From an uncultured delta proteobacterium (GTDB lineage Bacteria > Desulfobacterota > Binatia > UBA9968), in contig CAWJZV010000045.1 of the NCBI GenBank assembly GCA_963847445.1, positions 1 to 64,000 on the forward strand: a stretch of 64,000 nucleotides of DNA. The letters run 5' to 3'. The translations under genes were made by a program, and so were the position numbers. The notes below the pieces were generated by a model. The model searched no databases, had not been told where the DNA came from, and saw only the letters and a program-made list of their open reading frames with translations. Below are positions 1 through 11,166 of this stretch, in pieces. Within the stretch, counting starts at the first letter, position 1. Each line of letters begins with the position of its first letter.

Positions 1-133
1 TTTATCGGGAGTAATGCACCACGAAGGACCCAACGCGGCGCAGCCGCAAGCAAAGAAAAGAAGAGTGGCCGCAAAGGACGCAAAGGGACGCAAAATAAAT
101 CTCATGCGGAAGTCCGAATGTAGGGGCGTATGG

Positions 134-2077
134 GTGCGTCGGCGATAAGCCGGAGGAAAGTAGCGAATGAAAGAGTCGTACAAGGTAAGACCTAGCCAGT
201 CGCCTTGGCCTCGAGTGATGCGTGTGTCGGGCAACCGGCAGGACGAAGCGTTCACAGAGGTACAGCCGGGCTGTGTATTGAACTCCGAAAACATCTTTTG
301 TGGTGGCCGACCTTGTCCTGACAAGGGGAAGGCAATAGTCATGTCGAACGACAAACGGCGAGTCCGACATGACCCCCACGGAGTCTAAGACCACAGGCAC
401 GGTTGGAAACTTTCCTCACGGAAGCCGAGAGACCCCGGCGACATCCGCTTCTCCCATGGAAGCGGATCGGTCGGAGAAGGCGCGAGGCCACAAGTCCGAC
501 ATGCACGTCGCCGGGGAGTCAGACAGTTCCATAGTACCGGAGAAACCGGCGAACAAGGGCGGCGTGCCGCTGCCTGCGGAGTCGGTGGAGGGAAGGGGAC
601 TGACCAAGGAGAACACCGAGCAATCGCTACTGGACCGGACACAGCGCCGGAACTCGGACGGGACACCGTTCGTACCCAGGTCGCGTGGATTGCTCGGTGT
701 ACGTGAAGCGGCACGGAAGGATAAGAAGCTGAAGTTCACCAGCTTGCTGCACCACCTCACGCCGGAACTCCTGCGAGCGAGCTTCTTCGAACTGAAGAAG
801 CAAGCCGCGCCGGGAGTCGATGGTGAGACGTGGCGTGACTACGCGGAGGATTTCGAACAGCGGATCGACGATCTGCACGGATCGAATCCATCGCGGAGCC
901 TACCGGGCCAAGCCCTCCAAGCGGACCTACATCCCCAAGCCGGATGGCAGGATGCGACCGCTGGGAATCGCCGCCCTGGAGGACAAGATCGTCCAACAGG
1001 CGGCGCGCACGGTTCTGGAATGCATCTACGAACAGGACTTTCTGGGGTTCAGTTACGGCTTTCGTCCCGGACGAAGCCGTCACCAAGCCTCTGGATGCTC
1101 TGTTCGTCGGTATCACGAAGCGCGAAGTGAACTGGATCATCGATGCGGACATTCGCGGCTTCTTCGACAACATCAGCCACGAGTGGCTGATGAAGTTTCT
1201 GGAGCATCGAATCGCCGATCGACGGATGCTGCGGCTGCTGAAGAAATGGCTCAGGGCCGGAGTATCCGAAGACGGCGAGTGGTCCCCCACGAAAGTCGGA
1301 ACGCCGCAGGGAGCGGTGATCTCACCGCTCTTTGCGAACGTGTTCCTGCACTACGTGCTGGACCTGTGGATTCATGACTGGCGAAAACGTCAGGCCAAAG
1401 GTGAAGTCACCATCGTGCGCTACGCTGACGACTTTGTGATCGGATTCCGCGAGGAATCGGACGCCCGAAAATGCTTGGCCGCACTGGGGGAGCGGTTTGC
1501 CAAGTTCGGCTTGGAACTGCACCCGGAGAAAACGCGGCTGATCGAATTCGGACGCTACGCAGAGGAGCGGCGAGCGAAACGCGGCGATGGCCCGCCCGAG
1601 ACGTTCGACTTTCTGGGTTTCACGCACATCAGCGGCAAGACCCGGCGAGGCGACTTCACGATCCACCGCAAAACGTCGCGGAAGAAATTCCAAGCCAAAC
1701 TGACAGACCTCAAAGAGAAACTATCACGGAGACGCACGACGACCTCGCGCAAGTCGGCGCGTGGCTGCAAAGCGTGTTCCGCGGCTGGTGCCAGTACTAC
1801 GCGGTGCCCGGCAACTACGCACGCCTGAAACAATTCCGTGACGCGATCCAAGACATGTGGCTCCGCACGCTGCGTCGACGCAGTCAACGCGGCCGCCGCC
1901 TGACCTGGGAAAAGTTCTCGAAGCTCTGCAAACGCTGGCTGCCGACGCCGAAGATTCTGCATCCTTATCCCGACGTGCGGTTTGCACGTCAACATCCAAG
2001 GTAAGAGCCGTATGCGGTAGTTCCGCACGTACGGATCTGTGCGGGGGGCGGTCAGCAATGACCGTCCCTACCGCGAT
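134..2077 (+). mobile_element. Group II intron (resembles bacterial class E), full length
   Basis: 5' GTGCG at 134. Domain V GAGCCGTATGCGGTAGTTCCGCACGTACGGATC at 2005 (AGC triad). Domain VI GGGGGGCGGTCAGCAATGACCGTCCCTACCGCGAT ends in AT at 2077. Internal RT ORF present. Confidence 0.92.
501..2004 (+). CDS. ltrA: Group II intron reverse transcriptase/maturase (3 frameshifts; start uncertain; no En domain)
   Basis: Pieces in three frames: [68 protein letters not shown], and X-domain GWCQYY..LRRRSQ. The stop codon abuts domain V. Confidence 0.9.
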
Positions 2078-2227
2078 CATACGCCCAGGGGCGGCGGAGC
2101 GGTGATCGCATGGCCGGAAAATTTACGCAGGCGCGGCAAATTCTAATGGATAGCAATGCAGGTTCGAAGGCACGAATGTCGGCGAATAGCCGTCATCCTT
2201 AACTCGTCGTGTCCCCGTAAAGTTGCG

Positions 2228-2452
2228 CGAAAATACATGCGAGGTGGATAATATGCACGGTGAAGAGCCGTTCGGGGATCCGTCTTATCATCGAAAGTGG
2301 CGTATCAGGCCCATCATTCGCGAGACGGCATATCCGAATCCGAGAGTCTTTGGCCGGGCGGATTTCTCGATGCGCCAATGCCAGGAGGGTGGGTTTATGA
2401 GAACCCGCCCCTACGACTCCCGGTAAAAACTCTTTCCCTTTGGTTGCGGATC
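2228..2452. repeat. Degenerate repeat remnants: family-A end, GTAG-type REP hairpin, family-B end
   Basis: CGAAAATACATGCGAGGTGGATAATATGCAC matches the reverse complement of the A end near 31313-31342. Hairpin GGGTGGGTTT..AACCCGCCCCTAC. TTGGTTGCGG matches a reversed B left end. Confidence 0.55.
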
Positions 2453-2502
2453 GCCCTGAGTACCGTCGTAGGTTCTTTGCGGCCAGTCATTTAAGAGGCA
2501 CC

Positions 2503-3237
2503 ATGCGAGCACTTTCAGCCGCGCAGTTGATCGGCATGTGGGAACGGGGCGCGCGGCAACCTTGGGTTGACCGAGCGCTCACTCTGGTTTCCGCCTGTCA
2601 TCCGGAATTGACCGACAGCGCTCTCGCCGCGCTCACGGTGGGTGAGCGCGATGCCGATTTGCTCGCTCTGCGCGAGGGGCTTTTCGGGCGCGCGCTCAAG
2701 AGCTGCGCCGAGTGTCCGAATTGCCGGGCCCGATTGGAATTTTCCGTTGACGTGAACGAGCTTCGAGAGAGCTTTGCCAATGCCGCCAATGGCGAGCCCG
2801 CCGAACTGACGGTGGACGATATTCGCATCCAGTTCCGCCGACTCAACACGGCAGATTTAACCGCCGCGGCGCGCTGCGCGGACGTCAACGCTGCGCGATC
2901 GGTTTTGCTGCAACGATGCGTCGTCGAGGCGCGGCGCGACGGCGCGCCGCTGGCCGCGGCAGATTTACCGGCGGCCTGCGTCGAAGCGCTGTCGTCCCGG
3001 TTGGCGGCGCTCGACGGCGCCGCCGACATTTCGCTCGATCTGCGCTGCGTTGCCTGCGCTCACGCCTGGCAGCTGACCCTCGATATCGTCAGGTTTCTCT
3101 GGGCCGAGGTCAATGCTTTGGCCAAAGCTTATCTCAATGACGTGCATATGCTCGCCTGGGCCTACGGCTGGCGCGAGGCGGATATTTTGGCGATGAGCTC
3201 GGCGCGCCGGCAGTTTTATCTGGAGCGGGTGGGCTGA
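2503..3237 (+). CDS. eCIS T4 gp26-like baseplate/tail assembly protein
   Basis: GAGG RBS. Motifs LTVGERDADLL, CxxC (CPNC, CVAC) and C-terminal VHMLAWAYGWREADILAMS..RRQFY, typical of this eCIS protein. Confidence 0.75.
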   Translation: MRALSAAQLIGMWERGARQPWVDRALTLVSACHPELTDSALAALTVGERDADLLALREGLFGRALKSCAECPNCRARLEFSVDVNELRESFANAANGEPAELTVDDIRIQFRRLNTADLTAAARCADVNAARSVLLQRCVVEARRDGAPLAAADLPAACVEALSSRLAALDGAADISLDLRCVACAHAWQLTLDIVRFLWAEVNALAKAYLNDVHMLAWAYGWREADILAMSSARRQFYLERVG

Positions 3238-3918
3238 TGGGCGATTTCTTTACCCGGCTCGCCGAAAGAACCCTCGGCCTTGCGCCGGTGGTGCAGCCGG
3301 ATCTCATGCCGGTGTTGCTGCCGACGACTGAAAGTGAAGTCGTCAGCGATTCGCTCCCCCGACTGGAAGAGACCCGCGAGCGCACGGCTACGCCGGCGAG
3401 AAAAGCGGCGCCCTATGATGACAACGATTCGACTAAGCCGGAACATGAGTATTACAGAGATCGCCACCGTCGCTGGGGATATGCCGCAAAGCCTGACACA
3501 AGGTTGGGATCAAGCAGTTGCCCTGGCGGCGCGCGCTGATCGTGCCGTCGATCGGCAACTCGAGGCGCCCAACCGGGAGCCGGGCGCGGTCGCGTCGCCA
3601 ATGCCGATGACTCAGGCAAAGCAGAACGTAGTTGAAGTCGACAGGAACCATCTCGATCGAGAATTTAATACTGGCGAGTCAACAGCGCCGGCTGAGATGC
3701 GCCAATCGCCCCATGCCAGCGCCGTCATGGTTCCGTCCAACCCGTCCGCGGTAGGACCGACGGCAACTCCGACGGTGCAAATCTCCATCGGCACTGTAGA
3801 GATTCGCGCCGTGACGCCGGCGCCAACCGCAGTGCCACAGCGTTCGGCGGAGCGCCGCGGCAACCCACGGCTATCGCTGGAAGAATATCTGCGCCAGCGC
3901 AACGAGGGCAGGCGATGA
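3237..3918 (+). CDS. eCIS-associated hypothetical protein (frameshifted)
   Basis: N-terminal MGDFFTRLAERTLG and C-terminal VQISIGTVEIRA..LSLEEYLRQR motifs. Coupled to both neighbours. Confidence 0.65.
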
Positions 3919-5161
3919 GCAATCATCTGGCAGTGGCCACCGTCACCGGCGCGCTGCACACCCAGTTGCTCAATGCCACGGCACTGGTGCCGGGGGCGAG
4001 CGTGACGACGACGCGGCCCAACGGCGCGGCGGCCAATCCGAATCCGGCGATCAACATATATCTCTATCAGGTGATTCCCAACGCCGCCTATCGCAACGCC
4101 GACTTGCCGACGCGGCGCAGCGATGGGCAGTTGGCGCAACGGCCGCAGGCAGCACTGACTCTGCATTATCTGCTCAGTTTTCTCGGCGACGAAACCACTT
4201 TGGAGCCGCAACGCTTGCTCGGCGCGGCGGTGCGCCAGCTGCACGCTCATCCGTTGATCACCGCTCAGGATATTATTCAGACCATCGCCAATCCGCCCTA
4301 CGATGCCGTGCTGCCGGCGTCCAATCTCGCCGATCAGGTCGACGTCGTGCGGGTCACGCCGCTCGGTTATTCCCTTGAGGAACTGTCCAAGCTCTGGTCG
4401 ATTTTTTTTCAATCCCCCTATGTGCTGTCGATGGCTTATCAGGCGAGCGTCGTGCTGATCGAGAGCGACGACGCGCCGCGCCCGGCACTGCCGGTGCAAA
4501 CGCGGCAATCTTTACGTCGTGCCGTTTCGTCATCCGACCATCGAGCGGGTGATCGCGCAAGCCGGAGAGAACGCGCCGATTCTCTCGCTGTCGACGTTGG
4601 TCATCGAAGGCAAGCAGCTGCGCGGCGAGGTGACGACGATTGTCATTGGCGGCGCGGAGTTCGCCCCGGCCCCGGCCAATGTCGCGCCGGAGCGCATCAC
4701 GTTGGCGGTGCCCGCGGGATTGCGGCCCGGTGTCCAGGCATTGCAAGTCACGCAGCCGATCCTGATGGGATTGCCGGCGCCGGGAACGCCGCACCGGGGT
4801 TTCGAATCCAACGTTGCAACCTTCGTGCTGCGGCCGCAAATCAACGCGCCGATCGTCGTCACCACGGTGCCCGACCCGCAGGGCGGCGCGCCGCTGCCGG
4901 CGCTGCAAGTCGGCACCGACTTGATCATCGGGCGCAACCAGCGCTTGGTCTTGCTGCTCAACTCCAGCGCGGCGGTAAATGGCTGCGGCGTTTAGTTTCC
5001 TGGCACCACCGCGTAGTACCGATAGCAGTTCGCTGGCGATTGCCATTGCCAATGTACCCGCCGGGCAATATTTCGTCCGGCTTCAGGTCGATGGCGCCGA
5101 GAGTTTGCTCGATCTCGACACCCTGAGCCCGAGCTTCGGCCCGACGGTGACATTGCCATGA
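3915..5161 (+). CDS. Pvc16/DUF4255 tail terminator-like protein with C-terminal Ig/IPT-like domains (2 frameshifts)
   Basis: MSNHLAVATVT, INIYLYQV.PNAAYRN.DLP, LHYLLSF, LEELSKLWS..Y..S..YQASVVLI. Continues in ORFs 4519-4995 and 4979-5161. Confidence 0.8.
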
Positions 5162-7146
5162 ACGCAGCAGCAACCGATCAGAGCTGGCATGACGCCAATC
5201 AAGCCCATCTCAGCCGCGAGATCGCGGCGCTGCGACTGACTTTGCAACGTCGGTCCGGCGCTCTGCCGGCCGCCGGTGACGCCAATAGCCCCGAGCCAGG
5301 GACGGCGGCGCAAGCTAGCGAAGCGATTCATCCAGCAGCGGCGCTCGAACAGCTATGCGGCGCCTTTGGCCTGTCGGGTTTCGAACGCGCGACGCTGCTG
5401 CTCTGTGCCGGCGTCGAACTCGATGCCAGCTTTGCCCAGGCGGTGGCCGCTGCCCAGCAGGATCCGCGCTTGTCGTTTCCAACTTTCGGCTTGGCGCTGG
5501 CGGCCCTTGACCAGCCCCATTGGAGCGCGCTGTCGCCCGCCGGTCCGTTGCGCCGTTGGCGCCTGATCGAGCTTACCAGCAGCGACACGTTGACGACCGC
5601 GCGCATGCGCATCGACGAGCGGGTGCTGCACTACCTGGCGGGGGTGTCGCATCTCGACGATCGCTTGGCCGGTTTGTTGGAAGCGGCGTCCGCCAGCGGC
5701 GAGCTGCCGGCGTCGCACGGCGAACTGGCACGGCAAGCGGCCCATGCGTGGGCGACCGCCCGCGGCGAAGCGCTGCCGGTCATCCAGTTGTGCGGCGCTG
5801 ACCGAGCGGCCAAACGCGCCATCGCCGCCGCGGCCTGCGCCGATGTCGGTCTCGGTCTTTATATCCTGCGCGGTGAAAGCTTGCCGCTTCATGGCGCAGA
5901 GCTCGATGCCTTCATGCGTTTATGGCAGCGCGAGGCGATATTGGATGGCTGCGCGTTGTTGATTGAACTACCTGAACGGGACAGCGCGGAGCCCCAGCGC
6001 GAGCCGGCGGTTGCCCGCTTGCTGGAGGATTTGCGCGGCGCTCTAATCCTCAGCAGCGCGAACCGGCGCTTGATGTTGGCGCGGCGCGTGACCACGCTCG
6101 AAGTCGACAAGCCGACGAAAGCCGAGCAGCGCGCGCTGTGGCAGCAGCGGCTCGGCAGCGCCGGCGCCGCGGTCAATGGCAAACTTGATGGCACACTTGA
6201 CGCCATCGGCAGTCAATTCAACTTTGCCGCTAACGTGATTCGCAGCGCCAGCGACGAAGCCCTGCAGGCGCACAGCGACGGCGGCGATCTCACTGGTGCT
6301 CTGTGGGACATCTGCCGGGCCCATGCCCGGCCGCGTCTCAACGACCTCGCCCAGCGCATCGTTGCGGTCACCGGTTGGGACGAACTCGTGCTGCCCGACG
6401 CGCAGAAACAGATCTTGCGACAGATCGTCGTGCAGGTGCGCCAGCGTGCCAAGGTGTACGACGCCTGGGGCTTCGGCGCGGCGGGGGCGCGCGGTCTGGG
6501 CATCGGCGCGTTGTTTGCCGGCCCCAGCGGCACCGGCAAAACCATGGCCGGTGAAGTGCTCGCCAACGAACTCAAGCTCGATCTCTATCGCATCGATCTC
6601 AGCCAGGTGGTCAGCAAGTACATCGGCGAGACCGAGAAAAATCTGCGCCGGGTCTTCGACGCCGCCGAAGAAAGCGGCGCGATATTGCTGTTCGACGAAG
6701 CCGACGCGCTGTTCGGCAAGCGCAGCGAGGTCAAAGACAGCCACGACCGTTACGCCAATATTGAGATCAGTTATTTGCTCCAGCGCATGGAGGCGTACAG
6801 CGGCCTGGCGATCCTCACGACCAATATGAAAAGCGCTTTGGACACGGCGTTCCTGCGCCGCCTGCGCTTCGTCGTCCAGTTTCCATTTCCCGACGCGGCT
6901 CTACGCGCCGAGATCTGGCGGCGGATTTTTCCCGCGCAAACGCCGACCGACGGCTTGGACTTTGTCCAGCTGGCGCGCCTGCAAGTTGCCGGCGGCAATA
7001 TTCGCAACATGGCGCTCAACGCCGCGTTTCTCGCCGCCGAGGCGAACCAGCCGGTGGGCATGGGCCATTTGCTGCACGCCGCCAAAAGCGAATACGCCAA
7101 GCTCGAACGGCCGCTCGCCGAAGCCGAGATCGGCGGCTGGCGATGA
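5158..7146 (+). CDS. eCIS AAA+ ATPase (Afp15/Pvc15-like)
   Basis: Walker A GPSGTGKT, Walker B LLFDEAD, VVSKYIGETEKNL, DRYANIEISYLLQRME. Confidence 0.92.
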   Translation: MNAAATDQSWHDANQAHLSREIAALRLTLQRRSGALPAAGDANSPEPGTAAQASEAIHPAAALEQLCGAFGLSGFERATLLLCAGVELDASFAQAVAAAQQDPRLSFPTFGLALAALDQPHWSALSPAGPLRRWRLIELTSSDTLTTARMRIDERVLHYLAGVSHLDDRLAGLLEAASASGELPASHGELARQAAHAWATARGEALPVIQLCGADRAAKRAIAAAACADVGLGLYILRGESLPLHGAELDAFMRLWQREAILDGCALLIELPERDSAEPQREPAVARLLEDLRGALILSSANRRLMLARRVTTLEVDKPTKAEQRALWQQRLGSAGAAVNGKLDGTLDAIGSQFNFAANVIRSASDEALQAHSDGGDLTGALWDICRAHARPRLNDLAQRIVAVTGWDELVLPDAQKQILRQIVVQVRQRAKVYDAWGFGAAGARGLGIGALFAGPSGTGKTMAGEVLANELKLDLYRIDLSQVVSKYIGETEKNLRRVFDAAEESGAILLFDEADALFGKRSEVKDSHDRYANIEISYLLQRMEAYSGLAILTTNMKSALDTAFLRRLRFVVQFPFPDAALRAEIWRRIFPAQTPTDGLDFVQLARLQVAGGNIRNMALNAAFLAAEANQPVGMGHLLHAAKSEYAKLERPLAEAEIGGWR

Positions 7147-7511
7147 ACCACCGCGAACAGATGCGCCGCCGGCTCGGTGGCAGCGCGCCGCTCGGTAACA
7201 CAATTCATGGACCGGGCGCCATGAGGCCGCCGGCGTCGGTGGAAGTTAGCATCGATCGACTGGTTTTAGATGGAGTCGCGCCTGGCGACCGCTATCGCGT
7301 GGCCGATGCCGTGCAAAGCGAATTGGCGCGCTTGTTGATCGACCAGGGGGTGCCGGCCAATCCCGCGGCGCATGAAAGACAGCTCGACGGCGGGACCATC
7401 CAGATCGCTAGCGGCATGCGCGCCGCCGGCGTCGGTGGACAAATCGCCCAGGCGATTTATCGCTGTCTTGGCTCGGCAACGAACTTAGGCGCAAGAACGC
7501 AGCGGTCTTAA
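7143..7511 (+). CDS. eCIS-associated hypothetical protein
   Basis: VEVSIDRLVLDG..VQSELARLL..GGQIAQAIY pattern. ATGA overlap with the ATPase gene. Confidence 0.6.
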   Translation: MNHREQMRRRLGGSAPLGNTIHGPGAMRPPASVEVSIDRLVLDGVAPGDRYRVADAVQSELARLLIDQGVPANPAAHERQLDGGTIQIASGMRAAGVGGQIAQAIYRCLGSATNLGARTQRS

Positions 7512-7705
7512 CAGATGGAATCCGAACTCAAATTTATTACCGAGCCGACCGGCAGCGGATCGCTTCCCTCGCCGTCCTTTCTGCCTGGCATCGTACAGCT
7601 GGGCTCTCGATGTGTCGCGCGGCTGCGGCTGGTCAGTGTGCCAATCGCGCAGAGCCTAGCGCGGCATAGCGGCAACCAATTGGGAAATAGTTTTTCACCA
7701 CGAAG

Positions 7706-7911
7706 TGAATCATGATCTACGCTCGTCTACAGAATATGAAAATGCATGGGATTCGCTCCATAGGCAGTCTACTCGACGCGTCATTCCCGCGCACGCGGGA
7801 ATCCAGGTTTGATCTGCGCCCAATTAGCCTGGATACCCGCTTTCGCGGGTATGACGGAACCCAGATACCCTCTTCATTTTGGCGACCATCCCCTTACATG
7901 TATTTTCGAAG
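7706..7911 (+). repeat. Family-A element (copy A1) carrying a GTCATTCCCGCG/CGCGGGTATGAC REP doublet
   Basis: Ends TGAATCATGATCTACGCTCGTCTACAGAA..ATGTATTTTCGAAG. Lies between CACCACGAAG and GAGGACAC. Similar to 31105-31345. Confidence 0.8.
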
Positions 7912-7919
7912 GAGGACAC

Positions 7920-8199
7920 AACGAGGCGTAACCGCAATCGAAACTCGGGATATCTCTCGCAAAGGCGCTAAGCTCGCAAAGGTGACGGGCCGATGCCCGT
8001 CATCCCGAGCGAATGCGAGGGATCTAAGATAGATTTCTCCCAAGGGTCGAAATGACAGTAAGGGCAATTCATGAACTCGCGCGTACCTTATGCGGCCTTG
8101 GCGAGAGAAATTTCCGAATCCGAAAATCTACGACTCCCGGAATATTAAAGCCGCACGCTATGACAAACATGTTGGTGTTAGTTTTTTGGATAGCAATGC
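7920..8199 (+). repeat. Family-B element (copy B3)
   Basis: AACGAGGCGTAACCGCAATCGAAAC..GGATAGCAATGC. Nearly collinear with 24238-24528. Internal GTCATCCCGAG..TCGAAATGAC hairpin. Confidence 0.8.
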
Positions 8200-8251
8200 T
8201 GTTGCGCATTGGCGAAAACGTCGAGCGCGTTATTGCCAAGGAGCCACTGAG

Positions 8252-11108
8252 ATGACCGCCGCCGCCGCGCCTTTGCAGAACGTTGCCGCTAAGCCGCCGC
8301 CGCCGAGCCATTCGATGCATGCCGGTCTGGTGCTGCAACGGACGTGCGCGTGCGGCGCGCCGACAGCGTCGCTGAGCGGCGAGTGTTCGGAATGTGCGAG
8401 CAAGAAATTCCTGCAACCGAAGCTCACCATTGGCGCGAGCAACGACCCGCTGGAACAGGAAGCGGACCGGGTGGCGGATCAGGTAATGGCAACGCCGGTC
8501 AGCGCCGCTGTTAGCACAGCGCTGCCGCGCATCCAGCGCTCATCAGGACAAGATAATCGGCAGACGGGCACGGCGCGGCCGCAGCAGATGGAACATCGCT
8601 TGGGCCATGATTTTTCGCGGGTACGGGTACATGACGGTGTCGCAGCCACTCTGCCGAATAACCTGCGACCCGATGCCACTCCCGCGGGCAGGGCGTTGGT
8701 CCACGGCGCCGACCAGCCAATCGGCGATGCCGGCGCGCCCCTTTCGCCTCGACTGCGTTCGTCCTTTGAAGAACAATTTCAGACGTCCCTTGCCGATGTC
8801 CGCCTGCACAATTCATCGAGCGCTGCGCGTCTGGCGCGGCAGCACCAGGCGAACGCGCTGACCATCGGCAGAGACATTTACTTTGGCAAAGGACGATATC
8901 GACCGGACGAGCGCCGCGGCCAGGCGCTGCTCGCTCATGAAATAACCCACGTCCTGCAACAGTACCCGGGTGGCTCGCGCGGGACGATCGCAGCAGCCGA
9001 AGCCGAGGCATCCGCTGTAGCCGAGCGCAGCCAAAATGGCTCGTCTCGTTATCGGATTCAGCATCACGTGGCGCCGTCGGCTGTGCCGTTACGCGACGCG
9101 GCGTCGCTCAAGGCCGCGATCGAGGATGAGCTGGACGATTTCTTTGTCGGCATCGACAACACCTGGCCGCAGATCCGCAAGGAACCGCAGGCCGAGCGCG
9201 ACAAGTTGCGCTCAGACAAGGTCCTCGAGCGCAACATTCGCCGCGAAGTCGACGAGATGGAGCTGCTCAAGACCTACCTGCTGCTCACCTACCAGAAAGA
9301 AGAGTCCTTCCCTGCTCATTTCAAGAGCTTCATCCAGGCGACCGACATGGTCGGCACCCACGAAGCGCGAATTTACTCTATCTTCCGCGGCGTCAACCCA
9401 GCGGAACGCAAGGAGATGCAGGACATGCCGGGAGTGGCCGAGGTGATGGCAGATGAAATGTCGGGCAAGGAGTTGGAGCGCGGCCGGCAATTGCTCTCCG
9501 GCGGGGTCGAGGCTCAAGGCTCCGGAGTCACCAGCGCTCGAACCAGCACCCATCTCGAAATAAGCGAGCGCTACGAGCTCAATGTCGAGACTACGGGGGA
9601 TTTCGAAGACGTGGTCACAAACCTGACCGCGGCTACCGGCGAGACCAGCAAACAGACTCTGCTCCGCGATACTTCGCTGTGGTCGAAGCTTGCCGATGAG
9701 TTTGATCACGAGGAGACTTGGTACTTGCGCATGATTGCGCGCTACGGCGGGGCGGATCACTTTCCCAAACTCACGGGTCCGAAGGCGCCGGCGGAATCTT
9801 TCATTTTTCCCATCTGGGAGTCCGTGAAGGGCGCCGGCACCAAAGAGAGCAAGCTCATCGACACGCTAAAAGCGGTCAACAGCGCTCCGGGAATGACCGG
9901 CGGCCAGCGCGCGACGCCGAAAGATGAATTGCTCGACGATCCATGGTTTGTGCCGATGTTGAAGGACGAACTCTCAGGAGACGAACTTTCCGACGCCCTG
10001 GCAGCCGCTTCCGCCGTGCCGAGCGCAGCGGCCGGGAATACAAAAGGATCTCAAGAAAGCGATTAACCAGCGCGACCTCGGGCAAATTCGCAAGCTCCTG
10101 ACTGATCCGGCTCTGCCGGCGGCCGATCTTGATAAGTTGCGCGATGACCCGGTCATTCTCGAAGAGATGGGCGACGAATTGAGCGGTGTCCAGTTGTGTG
10201 AAACCAGCCTGCTGCTCAAGTACGGCAGTGCGCCGCTCCCGGCAAACGTGACCGCGCTGCTCGGCAGCTTCCAGAAAAAACCAATCGACGCCGCCGGCGC
10301 TATCACGTTCCTTCAATCGCTTGCGGCGACAGCAGGCGCTCTCGCTGCCTTGCGCCGAGAGCCCGGGGTTTTTTTCATGCTGACCAATTCCGGCTTATCG
10401 ACTGCGAATGCCGGCAAGCTGCTGAGCGCTATTCGAGCGGATCAACCGCGGTATCAGATAGCCGGCTCGGAAGGCTTTTACCATAGCCACGAAGAAAATG
10501 TTCAGACCAGGCTTCCCGTGCATTTCGCGGGTACGGAAGTGAGAATCCCGATTCGCTGCAACATTGACCGGACCCGGATGCGCGGCAAGCAGAAATTCGA
10601 CACGGATGTGATCGAGGACTGGCTGCGCGAAATCGACAAGATCTGGAACAACAAGTTCGTGCTGCGCGACAACGGCCACAGCCTTGCGTTGGTTTTCGCG
10701 CCGTTCATGGCCGAGGGGCTCGGCGCGCCGGACATCACCATATTTGTCATGAACTGGAAGGACAGATCATTCGTCAGAGCGGCGCGCGATGCCGCGCTCA
10801 ACATCTGGCTCGAGCGCGAGATGCATCTCTACCTCGAGGATCTGGAGCCCAAGACGGTCGCGCACGAATTCGGCCACGTCCTTGGCAATCCAGACGAATA
10901 TGCGCTGACCGCGAGCGAATACCTGCGAATCACCGGCACGGCAGCCACCAAACCCTCTGCTCGCGGCACGACAGTTAAAGGTTTGATGGGCAGCCAATAC
11001 CAGAGCACTGCCATAGCAGAGCGTCATGCCGCTCCTGCGCTGGAGGTCATCAACGGTGCGCGAAATGTAAGCGTCTATCCAAATCCGTTCGTGCTGCAGA
11101 AGAAGTGA
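8252..11108 (+). CDS. DUF4157 eCIS cargo protein with annexin-like repeats and a C-terminal metzincin-type Zn protease (frameshift near 10050)
   Basis: AAGGAG RBS. LQRTCACG..CSEC..LQPKL..EQEADRVADQVM leader. DUF4157 LLAHEITHVLQQ. GTHE/GAGTKE and DE(L/M)SG repeats. HEFGHVLGNPDEY plus GLMGS Met-turn. Confidence 0.75.
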
Positions 11109-11166
11109 GAATACCGGCGAGAGCGAGATGTTTGTTTGAGGAATCAAATGACCGAAGCGAGCAAAG

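Larger units (their letters stand above)
31..2159 (+). repeat. Family-B non-coding repeat element (copy B1), interrupted by the group II intron
   Basis: Left end AACGCGGCGCAGCCGCAA and right end AAATTTACGCAGGCGCGGCAAATT..GATAGCAATGC. With the intron removed it aligns by eye with the reverse complement of 29811-29979. Confidence 0.8.

Noticed and set aside
369-2004. Retron, DGR or CRISPR-associated RT, or a functional link between the RT and the eCIS or RNase H
   Set aside because: The RT has YADD plus a maturase X domain and lies within canonical intron 5' end, domain V and domain VI. Its position is explained by the repeat target. rnhA is 28 kb away.
7515-8255. Short ORFs over the repeat regions (also 24309-24613, 29555-30014, 30873-31804, 34309-34736)
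   Set aside because: They are translations of palindromic non-coding repeats. The similarity between such ORFs reflects the DNA repeat, not a protein family.
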